In this document: piece after piece, positions 1 to 10,382 of the stretch
Position numbering within the stretch: the stretch's first letter is position 1
Layout: each line of letters opens with the position of its first letter
NCBI RefSeq assembly: GCF_000175255.2
Contig: NC_017262.1
Span: 1,830,001-1,862,000, forward strand
Direction of reading: 5' to 3'
Source: Zymomonas mobilis subsp. mobilis ATCC 10988
GTDB lineage: Bacteria > Pseudomonadota > Alphaproteobacteria > Sphingomonadales > Sphingomonadaceae
DNA length: 32,000 bases
Notes under the pieces: generated by a model
Told to the model about the DNA's origin: nothing
What the model saw: only the letters and a program-made list of their open reading frames with translations
Databases searched by the model: none
Made by a program: the position numbers and the translations under genes

Positions 1-1625
1 GCGGGAATAACGGCCATGGTCATCGCATGATTAAAACCGGCAGGCTTCATGATTGGGTCAAGGGCTGCCGCCACCCGTCCGGCAATAGAATATTCACTTT
101 GCGGCACGCCTTCCGGCGCACGCGGAAAGGCCAAAACAGCCCATAAAGCGACCGATACCGTCAAAATGATCGTGCCAGCGCGCTTTAAAAAGATCATCGC
201 TCTTTGCCATAATCCTAACATAATATCGCGCAAGATCGGCATTTGGTAACGCGGCATTTCGATCAGAAACAGGCCGGATTTGCCTTTAGCGAGGGTATAG
301 CGGAAAATCAAAGCCACCAGCATAGCGGCAACAATACCCGCAACATACAGCAAGAACATTACCAAGCCTTGCAAGCCAATCTTCAAACCGATTTCCTTAT
401 CAGGCACAAAAGCACCAATAAGAACACTATAGACAGGAAGACGCGCAGAGCAGGTCATCAAAGGCGCGATCAAAATCGTCGTTAAACGGCTTTTCGGGTC
501 TTCGATCGAACGGGTCGCCATAATGCCGGGAATGGCACAGGCAAAAGAGGATAACAGCGGAATAAAGGCACGGCCAGTCAAGCCCACTTTTGCCATCAAT
601 CTGTCCATCAAGAAGGCTGCCCGCACCATATAGCCGGAACCTTCCAAAAGCAGGATAAACAAAAACAGGATTAAAATCTGGGGCAAAAAGACCAGAACGG
701 AGCCGACACCGGCAATCACCCCATCGACAATCAAGGAACGGATCAGACCTTCTGGCAGTAACGGCCTGATATAGGCCTCAAAAGCCGTGAATCCGTCTTC
801 AATCCAACCAATCGGGGTTTGCGACCAAGCAAAAACCGCCTGAAACATAAAAAACATCAGGCCAGCCAGAATGATCGGGCCCAAAATTGGATGCAAAACA
901 ATATCATCGATTTTCTGCGTCCAACCCTTGGGCTTGTGAACGACCTTGGTGACTTCCTTGGTCAGACGTTGGGCTTCCGGTTGGTAAGAAGAAATATCTT
1001 TTAAAACCGGCGCTCCACTCGCGGCCAAGACGGCGGCGGCTTCGCTCTTGTCGGAAGGTTGTTCGGCCATCTGATCGACCAGATGGGCAACTTCCTGTTT
1101 GACTTCTTCAATACCGCGCCGTCTGACCGCTACCGTTGGGATAACCTTGGCGCCCAGCTTTTCAGACAACAGATTGATATCAATCTTCAAACCATCACGC
1201 TCGGCCATATCGACCATGTTCAGCGCGAAAACAGTTGGAATCTTCAAGCTCAATAGCTGCAAGGCAAAACGCAAATGAAGCCCAAGATTGGTTGCATCCA
1301 AAACGACAAGCAAGATATCCGGTATTTTTTCATTCGGCATCTGGCCGAATAAAACATCACGGGTCACCCGTTCATCGGCACTTCCGGGATCAAGACTATA
1401 GGTGCCGGGCAAATCGACCACTTCAACAGGGCGACCATCCGGCAAAGCCATGTGGCCATATTTTCGTTCAACCGTCACCCCGGGATAATTGCCGACCTTC
1501 TGATGCGCGCCGGTCAAGGCGTTGAATAAGGCAGATTTCCCCGTATTCGGATTGCCAACCATGGCAATCAAAGGGTTGTGGTTGTCAATAGAGGGGGGCG
1601 AATTATCTTCGCAATGTCCGTTCAT
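1..1625 (-). CDS. feoB: Ferrous iron transport protein B (FeoB), 3' end cut by window start
   Basis: Reverse-strand reading from the ATG at 1625 gives MNGHCEDNSPPSIDNHNPLIAMVGNPNTGKSALFNALTGAHQKVGNYPGVTVERKYG..., with G1 motif GNPNTGKS, then DLPGTYSL and NMVDMAE (G3/G4-like), then transmembrane Gate-type segments (AFIPLLSSFACAIPGIMATRSIEDPKSRLTT). Open to the window edge. Confidence 0.95.
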   Translation of the reverse strand, partial: MNGHCEDNSPPSIDNHNPLIAMVGNPNTGKSALFNALTGAHQKVGNYPGVTVERKYGHMALPDGRPVEVVDLPGTYSLDPGSADERVTRDVLFGQMPNEKIPDILLVVLDATNLGLHLRFALQLLSLKIPTVFALNMVDMAERDGLKIDINLLSEKLGAKVIPTVAVRRRGIEEVKQEVAHLVDQMAEQPSDKSEAAAVLAASGAPVLKDISSYQPEAQRLTKEVTKVVHKPKGWTQKIDDIVLHPILGPIILAGLMFFMFQAVFAWSQTPIGWIEDGFTAFEAYIRPLLPEGLIRSLIVDGVIAGVGSVLVFLPQILILFLFILLLEGSGYMVRAAFLMDRLMAKVGLTGRAFIPLLSSFACAIPGIMATRSIEDPKSRLTTILIAPLMTCSARLPVYSVLIGAFVPDKEIGLKIGLQGLVMFLLYVAGIVAAMLVALIFRYTLAKGKSGLFLIEMPRYQMPILRDIMLGLWQRAMIFLKRAGTIILTVSVALWAVLAFPRAPEGVPQSEYSIAGRVAAALDPIMKPAGFNHAMTMAVIP

Positions 1626-1630
1626 GGAAG

Positions 1631-1933
1631 TCAGGCCTGTCCTACAGTTGATCGGGAAGAGGACGCTTTTTCCGAAAGGGCTGGTTCCGGTGCGGCATCA
1701 GGGTCTTTAACAGAAATAACCGAAGCCTCTTGCTGTCGAATAGCAATCAATATTCTATCAACTCGACAGGCAATCGGGTCACGACTGATCGGGGCAAAAT
1801 GCTGTAATTCGACTTCGGCACCTTTATGAAAACCCAAATCCCGCAAACGGCGTCCGATTTCTGGGGGTAACGCAGACCAATCGATATCCGTGATAACCGT
1901 TGCTTTCTTTAATGGCATCTCATTAAGGCGCAT
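1631..1933 (-). CDS. feoA: FeoA-domain ferrous iron transport protein A
   Basis: Small ORF directly upstream of feoB: MRLNEMPLKKATVITDIDWSALPPEIGRRLRDLGFHKGAEVELQHFAPISRDPIACRV.... The ORF track starts at a TTG (1951); the ATG at 1933 looks more natural. Confidence 0.85.
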   Translation of the reverse strand: MRLNEMPLKKATVITDIDWSALPPEIGRRLRDLGFHKGAEVELQHFAPISRDPIACRVDRILIAIRQQEASVISVKDPDAAPEPALSEKASSSRSTVGQA

Positions 1934-2286
1934 AGTTATTATCCTGTTCAAACCAGATTATGTTCTGTTCTTTCGCTCTTTATTAACGCCAAAACCATAA
2001 TCCAAAAGTCATTCTCTTTATCTATAATGACAATATCCGATATAAGACATGCCTTGTCATAAATGGGCGGATAATGCAACTGCTTATCAATATAATGTAA
2101 TATTATAACATAACAATGTTAGGTAAATCTGGCTTCACAAAGTTACTTTCTTTTACGAGGAAAGATTTTCATCAAACCCCGTTCTTTGCTATTCAAATCA
2201 AAATATTTCCATATAAAAAATACGGTTGAAAACTGTTCTTAGGACAGGCACCACCTTATTTTGTCTTTTTAGCCTTGGGTCACTCT

Positions 2287-5200
2287 ATGCCTTATACTCC
2301 CTTCGTTCCGTTACGGATTTTTTCCGGTTTTACCATGTTGGAAGGAGCGATCGAGCCAAAAGACATCACCCAACATGCCAAAAAAATGGGTTTTCCGGCG
2401 GCGGGTATTTGTGATCGTAACGGCCTTTATGGCGTGATGACTTTTTCCGACAGCGGGAAAAAAGACGGGGTTCAGCCGATCATCGGCAGTCTGCTTGCCG
2501 TCGCTCGTCCGCTGCGTGGCGGGGAAGCCAGTGGGCAGGAATTAAAAATAGATTGGCTGTCGCTCTATGCACAGGATGAAGACGGCTATAACAATCTTTG
2601 TGCCTTGGTATCCCATGCCCATCTTGGCCGTCCGCTCGAATTGCCGCCCCATGTCTCGATGGAATTTCTGGAACAGCATAGTCAGGGGCTTCTCGCGCTT
2701 ACGGGGGGTAAAGAAGGCGCTTTGGCACGCTTAATGGCGGAAGAACAGCAAAGCGAAGCCGAAGCCTATCTGACCCTTTTACAAAAAATATTTCCCGATC
2801 GTTTGTATATCGAGCTTTCCCGCCGTTCCGAAGAAATCGAGGAAGCCGCCGAAGAGGGGCTGATCGACTTGGCTTATGATCGGGATATTCCGTTAGTTGC
2901 CACTAACCCAGTGTGTTTTTTGGAAGCCGATTTTCATCCTGCCCATGATGCGATGCTCTGCATTGCTGATTCCGCTTATGTGGACAGCCCTGATCGGCGG
3001 CATAGTTCTCCCGAAGCATGGATGAAATCCGGCGAAGAAATGGCGCGGTTATTTGAAGATATACCAGAGGCCATTCAAAACAGCTTGGTGGTCGCGCAAC
3101 GCTGCGCGGTTGCGGCTCCAGTCCGCAAACCGATTTTGCCCAGCCTTGCCGGTGACCGCGAAGGCGAAACCCTGATGCTTCGGAAAGATGCTTGGGCAGG
3201 GCTAGAAGCACGATTGGCGGCTATGACGACGCCCGTCGATCGCAAAGCCTATGAAGAACGGCTGCAATATGAATTAAATATCATCGAAAATATGGGATTT
3301 CCGGGTTACTTCTTGATCGTTGCCGATTTTATCAAATGGGCAAAAAGTAACCAGATCCCTGTCGGACCCGGACGCGGTTCTGGTGCCGGATCGGTTGTCG
3401 CATGGGCATTGACGATTACCAATCTTGACCCTTTGCGGTTGGGCTTGCTGTTTGAACGTTTTTTGAATCCAGAACGTGTGTCTATGCCGGATTTCGATAT
3501 CGATTTCTGCGAAACGCGGCGCTCCGAAGTAATCAGCTATGTCCAGCATAAATATGGCCTCGACCATGTGGCACAGATCATCACCTTTGGACGGATGAAG
3601 GCGCGCGCCGTTTTGAAAGATACGGGCCGCGTTTTACAAATGAGCTATGGACAGGTGGATCGTCTGGCTAAATTGGTGCCCAGTCAGGCCAGTGATCCTT
3701 GGACATTGGACAGGGCATTAAACGGCGTGCCTGAAATCGCCTCGGCTTATGAAAATGAAGAAGATGTCCATCGCCTTCTTGATCTCGCGATGAAGCTCGA
3801 AGGTCTGCCGCGTCACAGCTCAACCCATGCCGCAGGGGTGGTCATCGGGGACAGGCCGTTACATCAATTAGTGCCCCTTTATCGCGATCCGCGTTCTGAT
3901 TTTCCGGTGACGCAATTCGATATGAAATATGTCGAAAAAACCGGATTGGTGAAATTCGACTTTTTGGGGTTAAAAACCCTCTCGGTGCTGAACAAAGCGG
4001 TTCAAATGCTGAAAGCGCGCGGGGTAGAAGTTGACCTCGATCATATCCCCTTGGATGATGAAGCCGTTTTTGAATTGCTGAAACAGGGTGACACTGTCGG
4101 GGTGTTCCAGTTGGAATCCGAAGGGATGCGCCGCACGCTTGCTGCGGTGAAGCCGACCCGTTTTGAAGACATCATCGCCCTTGTTGCGCTCTATCGTCCG
4201 GGGCCTATGGATAACATCCCCAGCTTTGGCGCGCGTAAAAATGGTGGCGAAGAGATTGTCTATCCCCATCCTCTGCTCGAACCTGTTTTGAAAGAAACCT
4301 ATGGTATCATCGTTTACCAAGAACAGGTGATGCAGGCCGCGCAGGTTTTGGCCGGTTACTCCCTTGGGGAAGCCGATCTGTTGCGGCGCGCCATGGGTAA
4401 GAAGATTCAATCAGAAATGGACGCGCAACGCTCGCGTTTTGTCGAAGGCAGTAAAAAACACGATATTACAGAAAATCAAGCGAACCAACTTTTCGACTTG
4501 ATTGATAAATTCGCGGGCTATGGCTTCAATAAAAGCCACGCTGCCGCCTATGCCCTTGTTGCGTATCAAACCGCATGGCTAAAAGCCCATTACCGCGCCG
4601 AATTTTATGCCGCCGCGATGTGCTTCGATATGGCTTTGACCGACAAATTACAGGTCTTTGTTGATGATATGCGCCGCTCTGGTTTGCGCTATCTCCCGCC
4701 TGATATCAATCGCAGCCAATCCGATTTTACGGTGGAAGATGGCTGCGTTCGCTATGCCCTTGGTGCTTTGAAGGGGGTAGGTGAAAAGGCGATGGATGAT
4801 ATCTGTCAGGAACGTGAAAAGAACGGCGCGTTTAAAAGCCTTGATGATTTTGCCAATCGCATCAATCCCGAACATCTTAACCGGCGGCAATTGGAAAGTC
4901 TTGCTTCCGCTGGTGCCTTTGACTCTCTTGGGGTGGATCGCTGCGCTGTCAAACAGAGCAGCGAAATGATCATTGGCACGGCGGCTAATATCCACCGTAT
5001 GCGGAAAAGCGGGCAGGGTGGCCTTTTCGGTATGGAAGAAATGGCGATGCCTTCCATCAAATTACCGGAAGACAAAATATGGAGCCTGACCGAACGGATG
5101 AATGCCGAAAAGGAAGCCTTCGGTTTCTTCTTCTCTTCGCATCCGATCGACAATTACCGCTCTCTGCTTTCCGGCTTACGGATCAGAAGCCGCGCTGATA

Positions 5201-5811
5201 TTAACCGTCTGGCACCGCCTTCCTATCCACAAGATGATGAAAATCCACAAGATTATCGTAAAAAACGGATCGCGACCCAAATGGCGGCGATGATCGAAGA
5301 TGTCCGCTGGCGGGATTCTGCTCGTGGGCGGCGCTATATGATGGTCGCAGCTTCGGACGCTTCCGGCCAATTTTTTGCCAGTTGCTTTGATGAAAAAGCG
5401 ACCAAAGACTTGGAACAGGCGGCCAAGGAAAAAGCCTGCGTTCTCATGGATGTCGAATTGGATTGGCGACCGGGCGACGAAGCTCCCCGTGTCTCTATCC
5501 GTGCCATTCAGCTTTGCGAAAATTTAGCCCCCTCTGTCCGCCTGAAAATGACGGTCGCAACAGGCGAAGCCGAAGCCCTACCAGCCCTATCGGAATTGGT
5601 TAATCGCTATCGCGGCGGGCAAGGGGAATTATATATCCGCGCGCTTTTGCCTGATGGCGCTTCCACCGATTTTCTGGTTGGTCGCCATTATATCCTAAGC
5701 GCCGAATTAAAAGCCAAAATCAAACGCCTGTCCGGCATCCAAGCTGTCGATCTCAAATCTTTTGTCGAAGAAAAACAGGCCAACAGCCAAAAACAGCCCG
5801 CCTATGCCTAA
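2287..5811 (+). CDS. dnaE: DNA polymerase III subunit alpha
   Basis: ~1174 aa: MPYTPFVPLRIFSGFTMLEGAI..., PVGPGRGSGAGSVVAWALTITNLDPLRLGLLFERFLNPERVSMPDFDIDF, GVFQLESEGMRRTL, KFAGYGFNKSHAAAYALVAYQTAWLKAHYRAEF. The track start at 2275 is a TTG; the ATG at 2287 is preferred. Confidence 0.98.
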   Translation: MPYTPFVPLRIFSGFTMLEGAIEPKDITQHAKKMGFPAAGICDRNGLYGVMTFSDSGKKDGVQPIIGSLLAVARPLRGGEASGQELKIDWLSLYAQDEDGYNNLCALVSHAHLGRPLELPPHVSMEFLEQHSQGLLALTGGKEGALARLMAEEQQSEAEAYLTLLQKIFPDRLYIELSRRSEEIEEAAEEGLIDLAYDRDIPLVATNPVCFLEADFHPAHDAMLCIADSAYVDSPDRRHSSPEAWMKSGEEMARLFEDIPEAIQNSLVVAQRCAVAAPVRKPILPSLAGDREGETLMLRKDAWAGLEARLAAMTTPVDRKAYEERLQYELNIIENMGFPGYFLIVADFIKWAKSNQIPVGPGRGSGAGSVVAWALTITNLDPLRLGLLFERFLNPERVSMPDFDIDFCETRRSEVISYVQHKYGLDHVAQIITFGRMKARAVLKDTGRVLQMSYGQVDRLAKLVPSQASDPWTLDRALNGVPEIASAYENEEDVHRLLDLAMKLEGLPRHSSTHAAGVVIGDRPLHQLVPLYRDPRSDFPVTQFDMKYVEKTGLVKFDFLGLKTLSVLNKAVQMLKARGVEVDLDHIPLDDEAVFELLKQGDTVGVFQLESEGMRRTLAAVKPTRFEDIIALVALYRPGPMDNIPSFGARKNGGEEIVYPHPLLEPVLKETYGIIVYQEQVMQAAQVLAGYSLGEADLLRRAMGKKIQSEMDAQRSRFVEGSKKHDITENQANQLFDLIDKFAGYGFNKSHAAAYALVAYQTAWLKAHYRAEFYAAAMCFDMALTDKLQVFVDDMRRSGLRYLPPDINRSQSDFTVEDGCVRYALGALKGVGEKAMDDICQEREKNGAFKSLDDFANRINPEHLNRRQLESLASAGAFDSLGVDRCAVKQSSEMIIGTAANIHRMRKSGQGGLFGMEEMAMPSIKLPEDKIWSLTERMNAEKEAFGFFFSSHPIDNYRSLLSGLRIRSRADINRLAPPSYPQDDENPQDYRKKRIATQMAAMIEDVRWRDSARGRRYMMVAASDASGQFFASCFDEKATKDLEQAAKEKACVLMDVELDWRPGDEAPRVSIRAIQLCENLAPSVRLKMTVATGEAEALPALSELVNRYRGGQGELYIRALLPDGASTDFLVGRHYILSAELKAKIKRLSGIQAVDLKSFVEEKQANSQKQPAYA

Positions 5812-5933
5812 AGGTTATGCGGCAATCAAAAAAAAAGCCTCTCACAGTGGGAAACACTGCGACAAAAGGCGGTGCCACGAAAAGCCATGTCGCGGGGTAA
5901 AACCTCACATCATGACTTAAAGATAGGCATTTT

Positions 5934-5953
5934 AACCCCGTCTTATCGGGGAT
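5934..5953 (+). terminator. Weak possible hairpin terminator downstream of dnaE
   Basis: ccccg-tcttat-cgggg stem followed by a short AT-rich stretch (aaccccgtcttatcggggattt). Confidence 0.3.
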
Positions 5954-6411
5954 TTATTGTCACCCTGCTGTCATTTTCAGAAGCCTATTCATAAAGACGA
6001 TAAAATTATAAGGAAGATAAAAAAATCTTTTACCTCTTTTGAATACTTGCCTCTCCTATAGGGGGCATGGTCATCACATTTCAGCTATTTTATTCTTTCT
6101 CGCCACAAGACTATTTAAAGCCTGCCATGTAAGGCCTTTTATCTAGGTTTCGCTGCCAAAAATTTTATACATTTTTGAAGCGATAATTTGAAATCGCATT
6201 TTTGGGGACAAAGATAGAATAGGTTGAGACTCAACAAACGAGGAATAAAAAATTTTAGTTTTTTCCCCTGACCGAACGATGCCGCCGGTCGCGCTCATCC
6301 CAAAATAATCGGTTATATTGTTATATTTTTAATGGGATACTTTATGTGCCTCGAACAGGCTTCCCTACAAAACTTGTTCTCAATTTATCTCTAAAAATCT
6401 TAAATTATACC

Positions 6412-6540
6412 CTTTGTCAACAGAACCTAGTGCCGGTTTTATTTCAACGTGGGCCGCTTAGGAACACTTTACGTTCCTTCAAACGCCTTGCCGTCAGCAC
6501 AGTGATCCTTATGCCTTTGAACTAGGTTTTGTTGACAAAG
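6412..6540. repeat. Pair of inverted 19-bp IS-end-like sequences
   Basis: ctttgtcaacagaacctag (6412-6430) and ctaggttttgttgacaaag (6522-6540) are inverted repeats with one mismatch. The right copy overlaps the 3' end of the transposase remnant. Confidence 0.6.
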
Positions 6541-7015
6541 GAAGGCAACCACAATTTTACGGCCGCGAGATGAAGGAAGGCGAGGAAAGATTTTCTGGTT
6601 TTGTCATAGCGTGTGGCAATGCGCCTGAACTGCTTCAGCTTATTAAACATCCAATACAATGACGGTCTTTGTGGCTCTGTCAATTATAAAGAATAGGCTT
6701 TTTTCGATTGGAACGAGGCGGGATAATAGGAAGGATGCCTCGAAAGAGTAGTTTTTCGCGGAACCTATCGCTATCATATCCTTTATCGGCGAGAAAACAG
6801 CGGGGCGTTGTCACAGGGATATCTATCAAGCTATCAGACCCAGAATAATCAGAGACCTCACCACTGGTTAGTATGAAAGCTAGAGGTAGAGAACCGCCAT
6901 CAGAACGGACGCATAAGGCAGATTTTGACCATCCCCTTGTTCCCAATAACTATCCTTTCCGTCGCCATCTCCTTTATCGACTGCTTTGTGAGCAGTGGGG
7001 CGGATGACAAAAGAA
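6522..7015 (-). pseudogene. IS5-family transposase remnant (5' truncated, frameshifted)
   Basis: The minus strand encodes GWSKSALCVRSDGGSLPLAFILTSGEVSDYSGSDSLIDIPVTTPRCFLADKGYDSDRFREKLLFRGILPIIPPRSNRKKPILYN. After a frame break it encodes MFNKLKQFRRIATRYDKTRKSFLAFLHLAAVKLWLPSFVNKT*. Both blocks match the C-terminal half of IS5-type DDE transposases; the N-terminal half is missing or degenerate. Confidence 0.8.
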
Positions 7016-7210
7016 TACTAATTTAATTAGGGCTATAGTTATGCCCCTAGGCAAGACAATCTCCCAGTAAATTAAAAAAACAGCTTCCCCAGCTTTCAAA
7101 GCGTTCCACAGATTCCGCTGACTTCGATGATGAGCCTTTTCTCAATTTTATAAAAATCGCGGTGTCTCTTTCCTTGAGCCAGCTACTCAAAAAACGCCTA
7201 ACAACACCAA

Positions 7211-7242
7211 AACAGGCCGTCTTTTACACAAGACGACCTGTT
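7211..7242. terminator. Hairpin terminator downstream of the HdeD-like gene
   Basis: aacaggccgtctt-ttacac-aagacgacctgtt, a ~13-bp stem with one mismatch, 3' of the minus-strand ORF ending at 7273. Confidence 0.6.
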
Positions 7243-7272
7243 ATATTTAAAACAATTCAGTGTTTTCTAAAT

Positions 7273-7823
7273 CTAAAGGATAATATCCTCTTCTTGTAAG
7301 CGTTTCAGGCGCAAGGCCAGCATTGCCATACCAACGCCTTCACTGACAAAAGCGAAGCCGACGGCCAAACCCAAAAAGGCCAAAGATGTCTTGTCGCTTG
7401 AAAAGAATAGGAACAATGCGATCAAGCTATTCACAATACCCCGTAAAAGCAGCCAATTTCTTTCCGTCACAATACGGAAAGCGATAAAAAGCTGGGTCAA
7501 ACCGACTAACAGCAACCAGCAAGCGATCAGCCAAACGATAGTAAGCGCACTCGCTACCGGATATTCGATCGCAATCACACCGGTGATAAAGGCGATAACA
7601 CCACAGACAATATCGAGCCAATGGCCTCTGATATGACGGCTGCTAAAGCCGGAAATAATCGCGAAAATAGCCGCAACAATCAAAATCCAGCCAAAAAATA
7701 ATCCGCTGGCAATCGACATGGTAAAGGGAAAACAGATAGCGGCAATACCGAAGAGGATTTGGCAGACCGCATAGGCCATTGTCCAACTCCAACTGCGGTT
7801 TTCAGAAAACAGACGTCTCATTT
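7273..7823 (-). CDS. HdeD-family (DUF308) integral membrane protein
   Basis: MRRLFSENRSWSWTMAYAVCQILFGIAAICFPFTMSIASGLFFGWILIVAAIFAIISGF...HWLDIVCGVIAFITGVIAIEYPVASALTIVWLIACWLLLVG.... Multiple short TM pairs in the DUF308 pattern. The track ORF starts further upstream (8037); the ATG at 7823 fits better. Confidence 0.75.
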
Positions 7824-8300
7824 TTTCTTCTCCGCAGAGATTCGACAAGATTTTCACGCTTAAAACACAGTCGAATAAACGCAGTATAATCCTGCTAGTA
7901 ATAAAGAAAAAAGAGACAGATTGTTCCTGCCCGATGACGAACAGGCTAAAAAAGCCTGACGATTTGATATTCTGTAAGGTTGGTGCTTTATTTACAAGAC
8001 TGGTCTTTAATATCAGGCGTTTTTTAAAAAAACACATGCCTAATTACTCGTTACTTGAGAGTAAGACACCCAGATCTAGCCTAGATGCGGGCTTAGAATC
8101 CGGCTTCCCAATCTGAAGCCAATCAAAAATATCAGGCCGTCCCTGTGATGAAAACTCGGCAAAAAACAAACTAGTCGAACCAAGAAAGCTATAAAATATT
8201 TATAGCAAAGGAATAAATATAAACCCTACAAATAGTCTCAACATTCAAACAGATGAGCAACCGACCAAAAACATAAAAAGCCGGTTGCCCTTCTTTAATT

Positions 8301-8966
8301 TTAAGCCATAACCTGCATCAAAGATGCAAACATGTTATAGCCATCTTTGCCCCCATGGGCATCTTCGATCATTCTTTCAGGATGCGGCATCAAGCCAAGA
8401 ACATTGCCTTTCTTGTTAAGAACACCAGCAATATTGCGGGCAGAACCATTGACGTTTTCGGTATAGCGCAACGCCACCCGATCTTCGTCTTCCAGCTGAT
8501 CCAAAGTCGCCTTATCCGCGGTATAATTCCCGTCATGATGGGCAACCGGCAGATGGATTTTCTGGTTTTTCTTGTAAAGACGCGTGAAAGGCGATGTCGT
8601 GTTCTGAATTTCTAACCCGACATTCCGGCAAATAAAGGACAGACCAGCATTCCGCATCAAAGCACCGGGCAACAAACCCGCTTCGGTCAAGATCTGGAAA
8701 CCGTTACAAATACCGAGAACTGGCACACCACGTTCAGCCTGTTTAATTACCGCAGGCATGACCGCTGAACGGGCAGCCATGGCACCAGATCGCAGATAAT
8801 CCCCATAGGAAAATCCGCCCGGTACAGCGATAAGGTCGAGGTCATCCGGCAATTCGCTTTCCTGATGCCAGACCATAAGAGGCTTGGTGCCACAGATTTT
8901 TTCAATAGCAACAGCCAGATCGCGATCGCAGTTCGACCCCGGAAAGACAAGGACAGCAGCTTTCAT
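8301..8966 (-). CDS. purQ: Phosphoribosylformylglycinamidine synthase subunit PurQ
   Basis: [24 protein letters not shown]...[26 protein letters not shown]...[21 protein letters not shown]...GLMPHPERM; class I glutamine amidotransferase with the PurQ signature. Confidence 0.97.
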   Translation of the reverse strand: MKAAVLVFPGSNCDRDLAVAIEKICGTKPLMVWHQESELPDDLDLIAVPGGFSYGDYLRSGAMAARSAVMPAVIKQAERGVPVLGICNGFQILTEAGLLPGALMRNAGLSFICRNVGLEIQNTTSPFTRLYKKNQKIHLPVAHHDGNYTADKATLDQLEDEDRVALRYTENVNGSARNIAGVLNKKGNVLGLMPHPERMIEDAHGGKDGYNMFASLMQVMA

Positions 8967-9199
8967 CAGGCAACCTTCTCGATACGAAAGCTTTCGATGA
9001 CCATATTAGCCAACAGCTTCCGGCACATATCCTCAATCTCCTGATCGGAGACGTTATCACCAAGATCAAGTTCGATTAAGCGGCCAACCCGAACATTATT
9101 CACGCCGGAGAAACCAAGCCGTTCCAATGCGTGATGGATAGCCTTGCCTTGAGGATCGAGAACGCCATTTTTCAGCGTCACATGAACATTAGCTTTCAC
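8966..9199 (-). CDS. purS: Phosphoribosylformylglycinamidine synthase subunit PurS
   Basis: [46 protein letters not shown]..., GTG start; its stop overlaps the purQ ATG by one base. Confidence 0.95.
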   Translation of the reverse strand: MKANVHVTLKNGVLDPQGKAIHHALERLGFSGVNNVRVGRLIELDLGDNVSDQEIEDMCRKLLANMVIESFRIEKVA

Positions 9200-9371
9200 T
9201 ACCGCCTTCTCCCTAATCTAATTTGTAACAGGCTTGAAAGCGTTCATAGCCATCCGCCTTTTTTACACAATAGACAGCTAAACTGTCTCATCAAAATTTA
9301 GCCCTCCTCTAAATTATACCGCTTAAAAAGAGAAGGGCTTGGCAGGATAAAAAACGGCAAGGCTATCCGGT

Positions 9372-10382
9372 TTAGAGACCCATTCGGGTCAGATCATGGA
9401 TATGAAGCAGACCAACAGGCTGTTTCGCACCATTTTTACCCAAGATAAACAGACTGGTGATTCGTTTTTCAGTCATCAGAATCAAGGCATCTTCGGCCAT
9501 ATCATCTGCCCGCATGGTTACAGGATCAGACGTCATGACATCTTCTGCCGCGCTTTCCATCAAGTGATCGGCATGACGTCTCAAATCGCCATCGGTAATT
9601 ACACCCATCAATTCGCCTTCGTCATTAACGACACCTGCGCTTCCAAAACTTTTCCGGCTCATGGTTACCAGAACATCGCGCATTGGTTCTTTGCAATGTA
9701 CTAGGGGGAGGGCAGCCCCTTCATGCATCAAACGACTAATCGATTGTAACCGAAATCCTATTTGGCCACCGGGATGCAGTAATTTGAAGGCGTCACGAGA
9801 AAAACCGCGATGCCGCATCATGCTGACTGCCAATGCATCACCCAAAGCCATTGTTAGGGTCGTTGACGTTGTTGGGGCAATATTCGCGGGACAAGCCTCT
9901 TTTAACTCTGGCAAGCGCAAGCTCAAAGTCGCTTCTTTCGGTAACACATCACCCTTCTGAGAGGTGATAACAATGACCGGCACTTGAAGCGTCTGGGCAT
10001 AGCTGATCATTGGCAATAATTCGCGGGTGCGACCGGAAAAAGAAATGGCGATCAAGATATCGCCATTCATCATCATTCCCAAATCGCCATGGGCAGCTTC
10101 CGCCGGATGGATGAAAAAGGCGGAAGAACCCGTGGAAGCTAATGTTGCGGCTATTTTCCGCCCGACATGACCGGATTTTCCGATACCGCTTACAATAATT
10201 CGGCCACGCGTTTCGAGCAGCATCGAGACCGCTTTTGCAAAATCGACACCGATTGAGGCGGCGAGATGATGCATCGCGGTGGCTTCGGACAGGATGACAT
10301 TTCGCCCATGCTTGATAAATTGACTAAAGGAGGGGTCTTGATAAGGGGTAGAGTCATCGACTGTCTGAAGGGATTGTTGCAT
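9372..10382 (-). CDS. kdsD: KpsF/GutQ-family arabinose-5-phosphate isomerase (SIS + CBS domains)
   Basis: SIS domain GRIIVSGIGKSGHVGRKIAATLASTGSSAFFIHPAEAAHGDLGMM and GDILIAISFSGRTRELL, then paired CBS domains (MRDVLVTMSRKSFGSAGVVNDEGELMGVITDGDLRR; VMTSDPVTMRADDMAEDAL). Confidence 0.92.
   Translation of the reverse strand: MQQSLQTVDDSTPYQDPSFSQFIKHGRNVILSEATAMHHLAASIGVDFAKAVSMLLETRGRIIVSGIGKSGHVGRKIAATLASTGSSAFFIHPAEAAHGDLGMMMNGDILIAISFSGRTRELLPMISYAQTLQVPVIVITSQKGDVLPKEATLSLRLPELKEACPANIAPTTSTTLTMALGDALAVSMMRHRGFSRDAFKLLHPGGQIGFRLQSISRLMHEGAALPLVHCKEPMRDVLVTMSRKSFGSAGVVNDEGELMGVITDGDLRRHADHLMESAAEDVMTSDPVTMRADDMAEDALILMTEKRITSLFILGKNGAKQPVGLLHIHDLTRMGL

Noticed and set aside
1952-2286. Possible Fur box or palindrome upstream of feoAB (e.g. 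atatccgatat near 2032)
   Set aside because: Short palindrome only; no match to a Fur/Irr/FNR consensus that I could defend by eye.
2903-5370. Minus-strand ORFs inside dnaE (102 aa, 97 aa, 146 aa, 115 aa, 115 aa)
   Set aside because: Antisense to a well-supported DnaE reading frame, with no domain-like sequence.
8040-8300. Intergenic stretch with cccagatctagcctagatgcgggcttagaatccgg and a gcaaccg...cggttgc hairpin near 8253-8288
   Set aside because: Only short weak palindromes; no U-tract on the strand expected for purQ and no recognisable RNA family, so not enough to call a feature.
8966-9199. Very small ORF next to purQ, considered spurious
   Set aside because: Sequence is clearly PurS, with the expected overlap with purQ.
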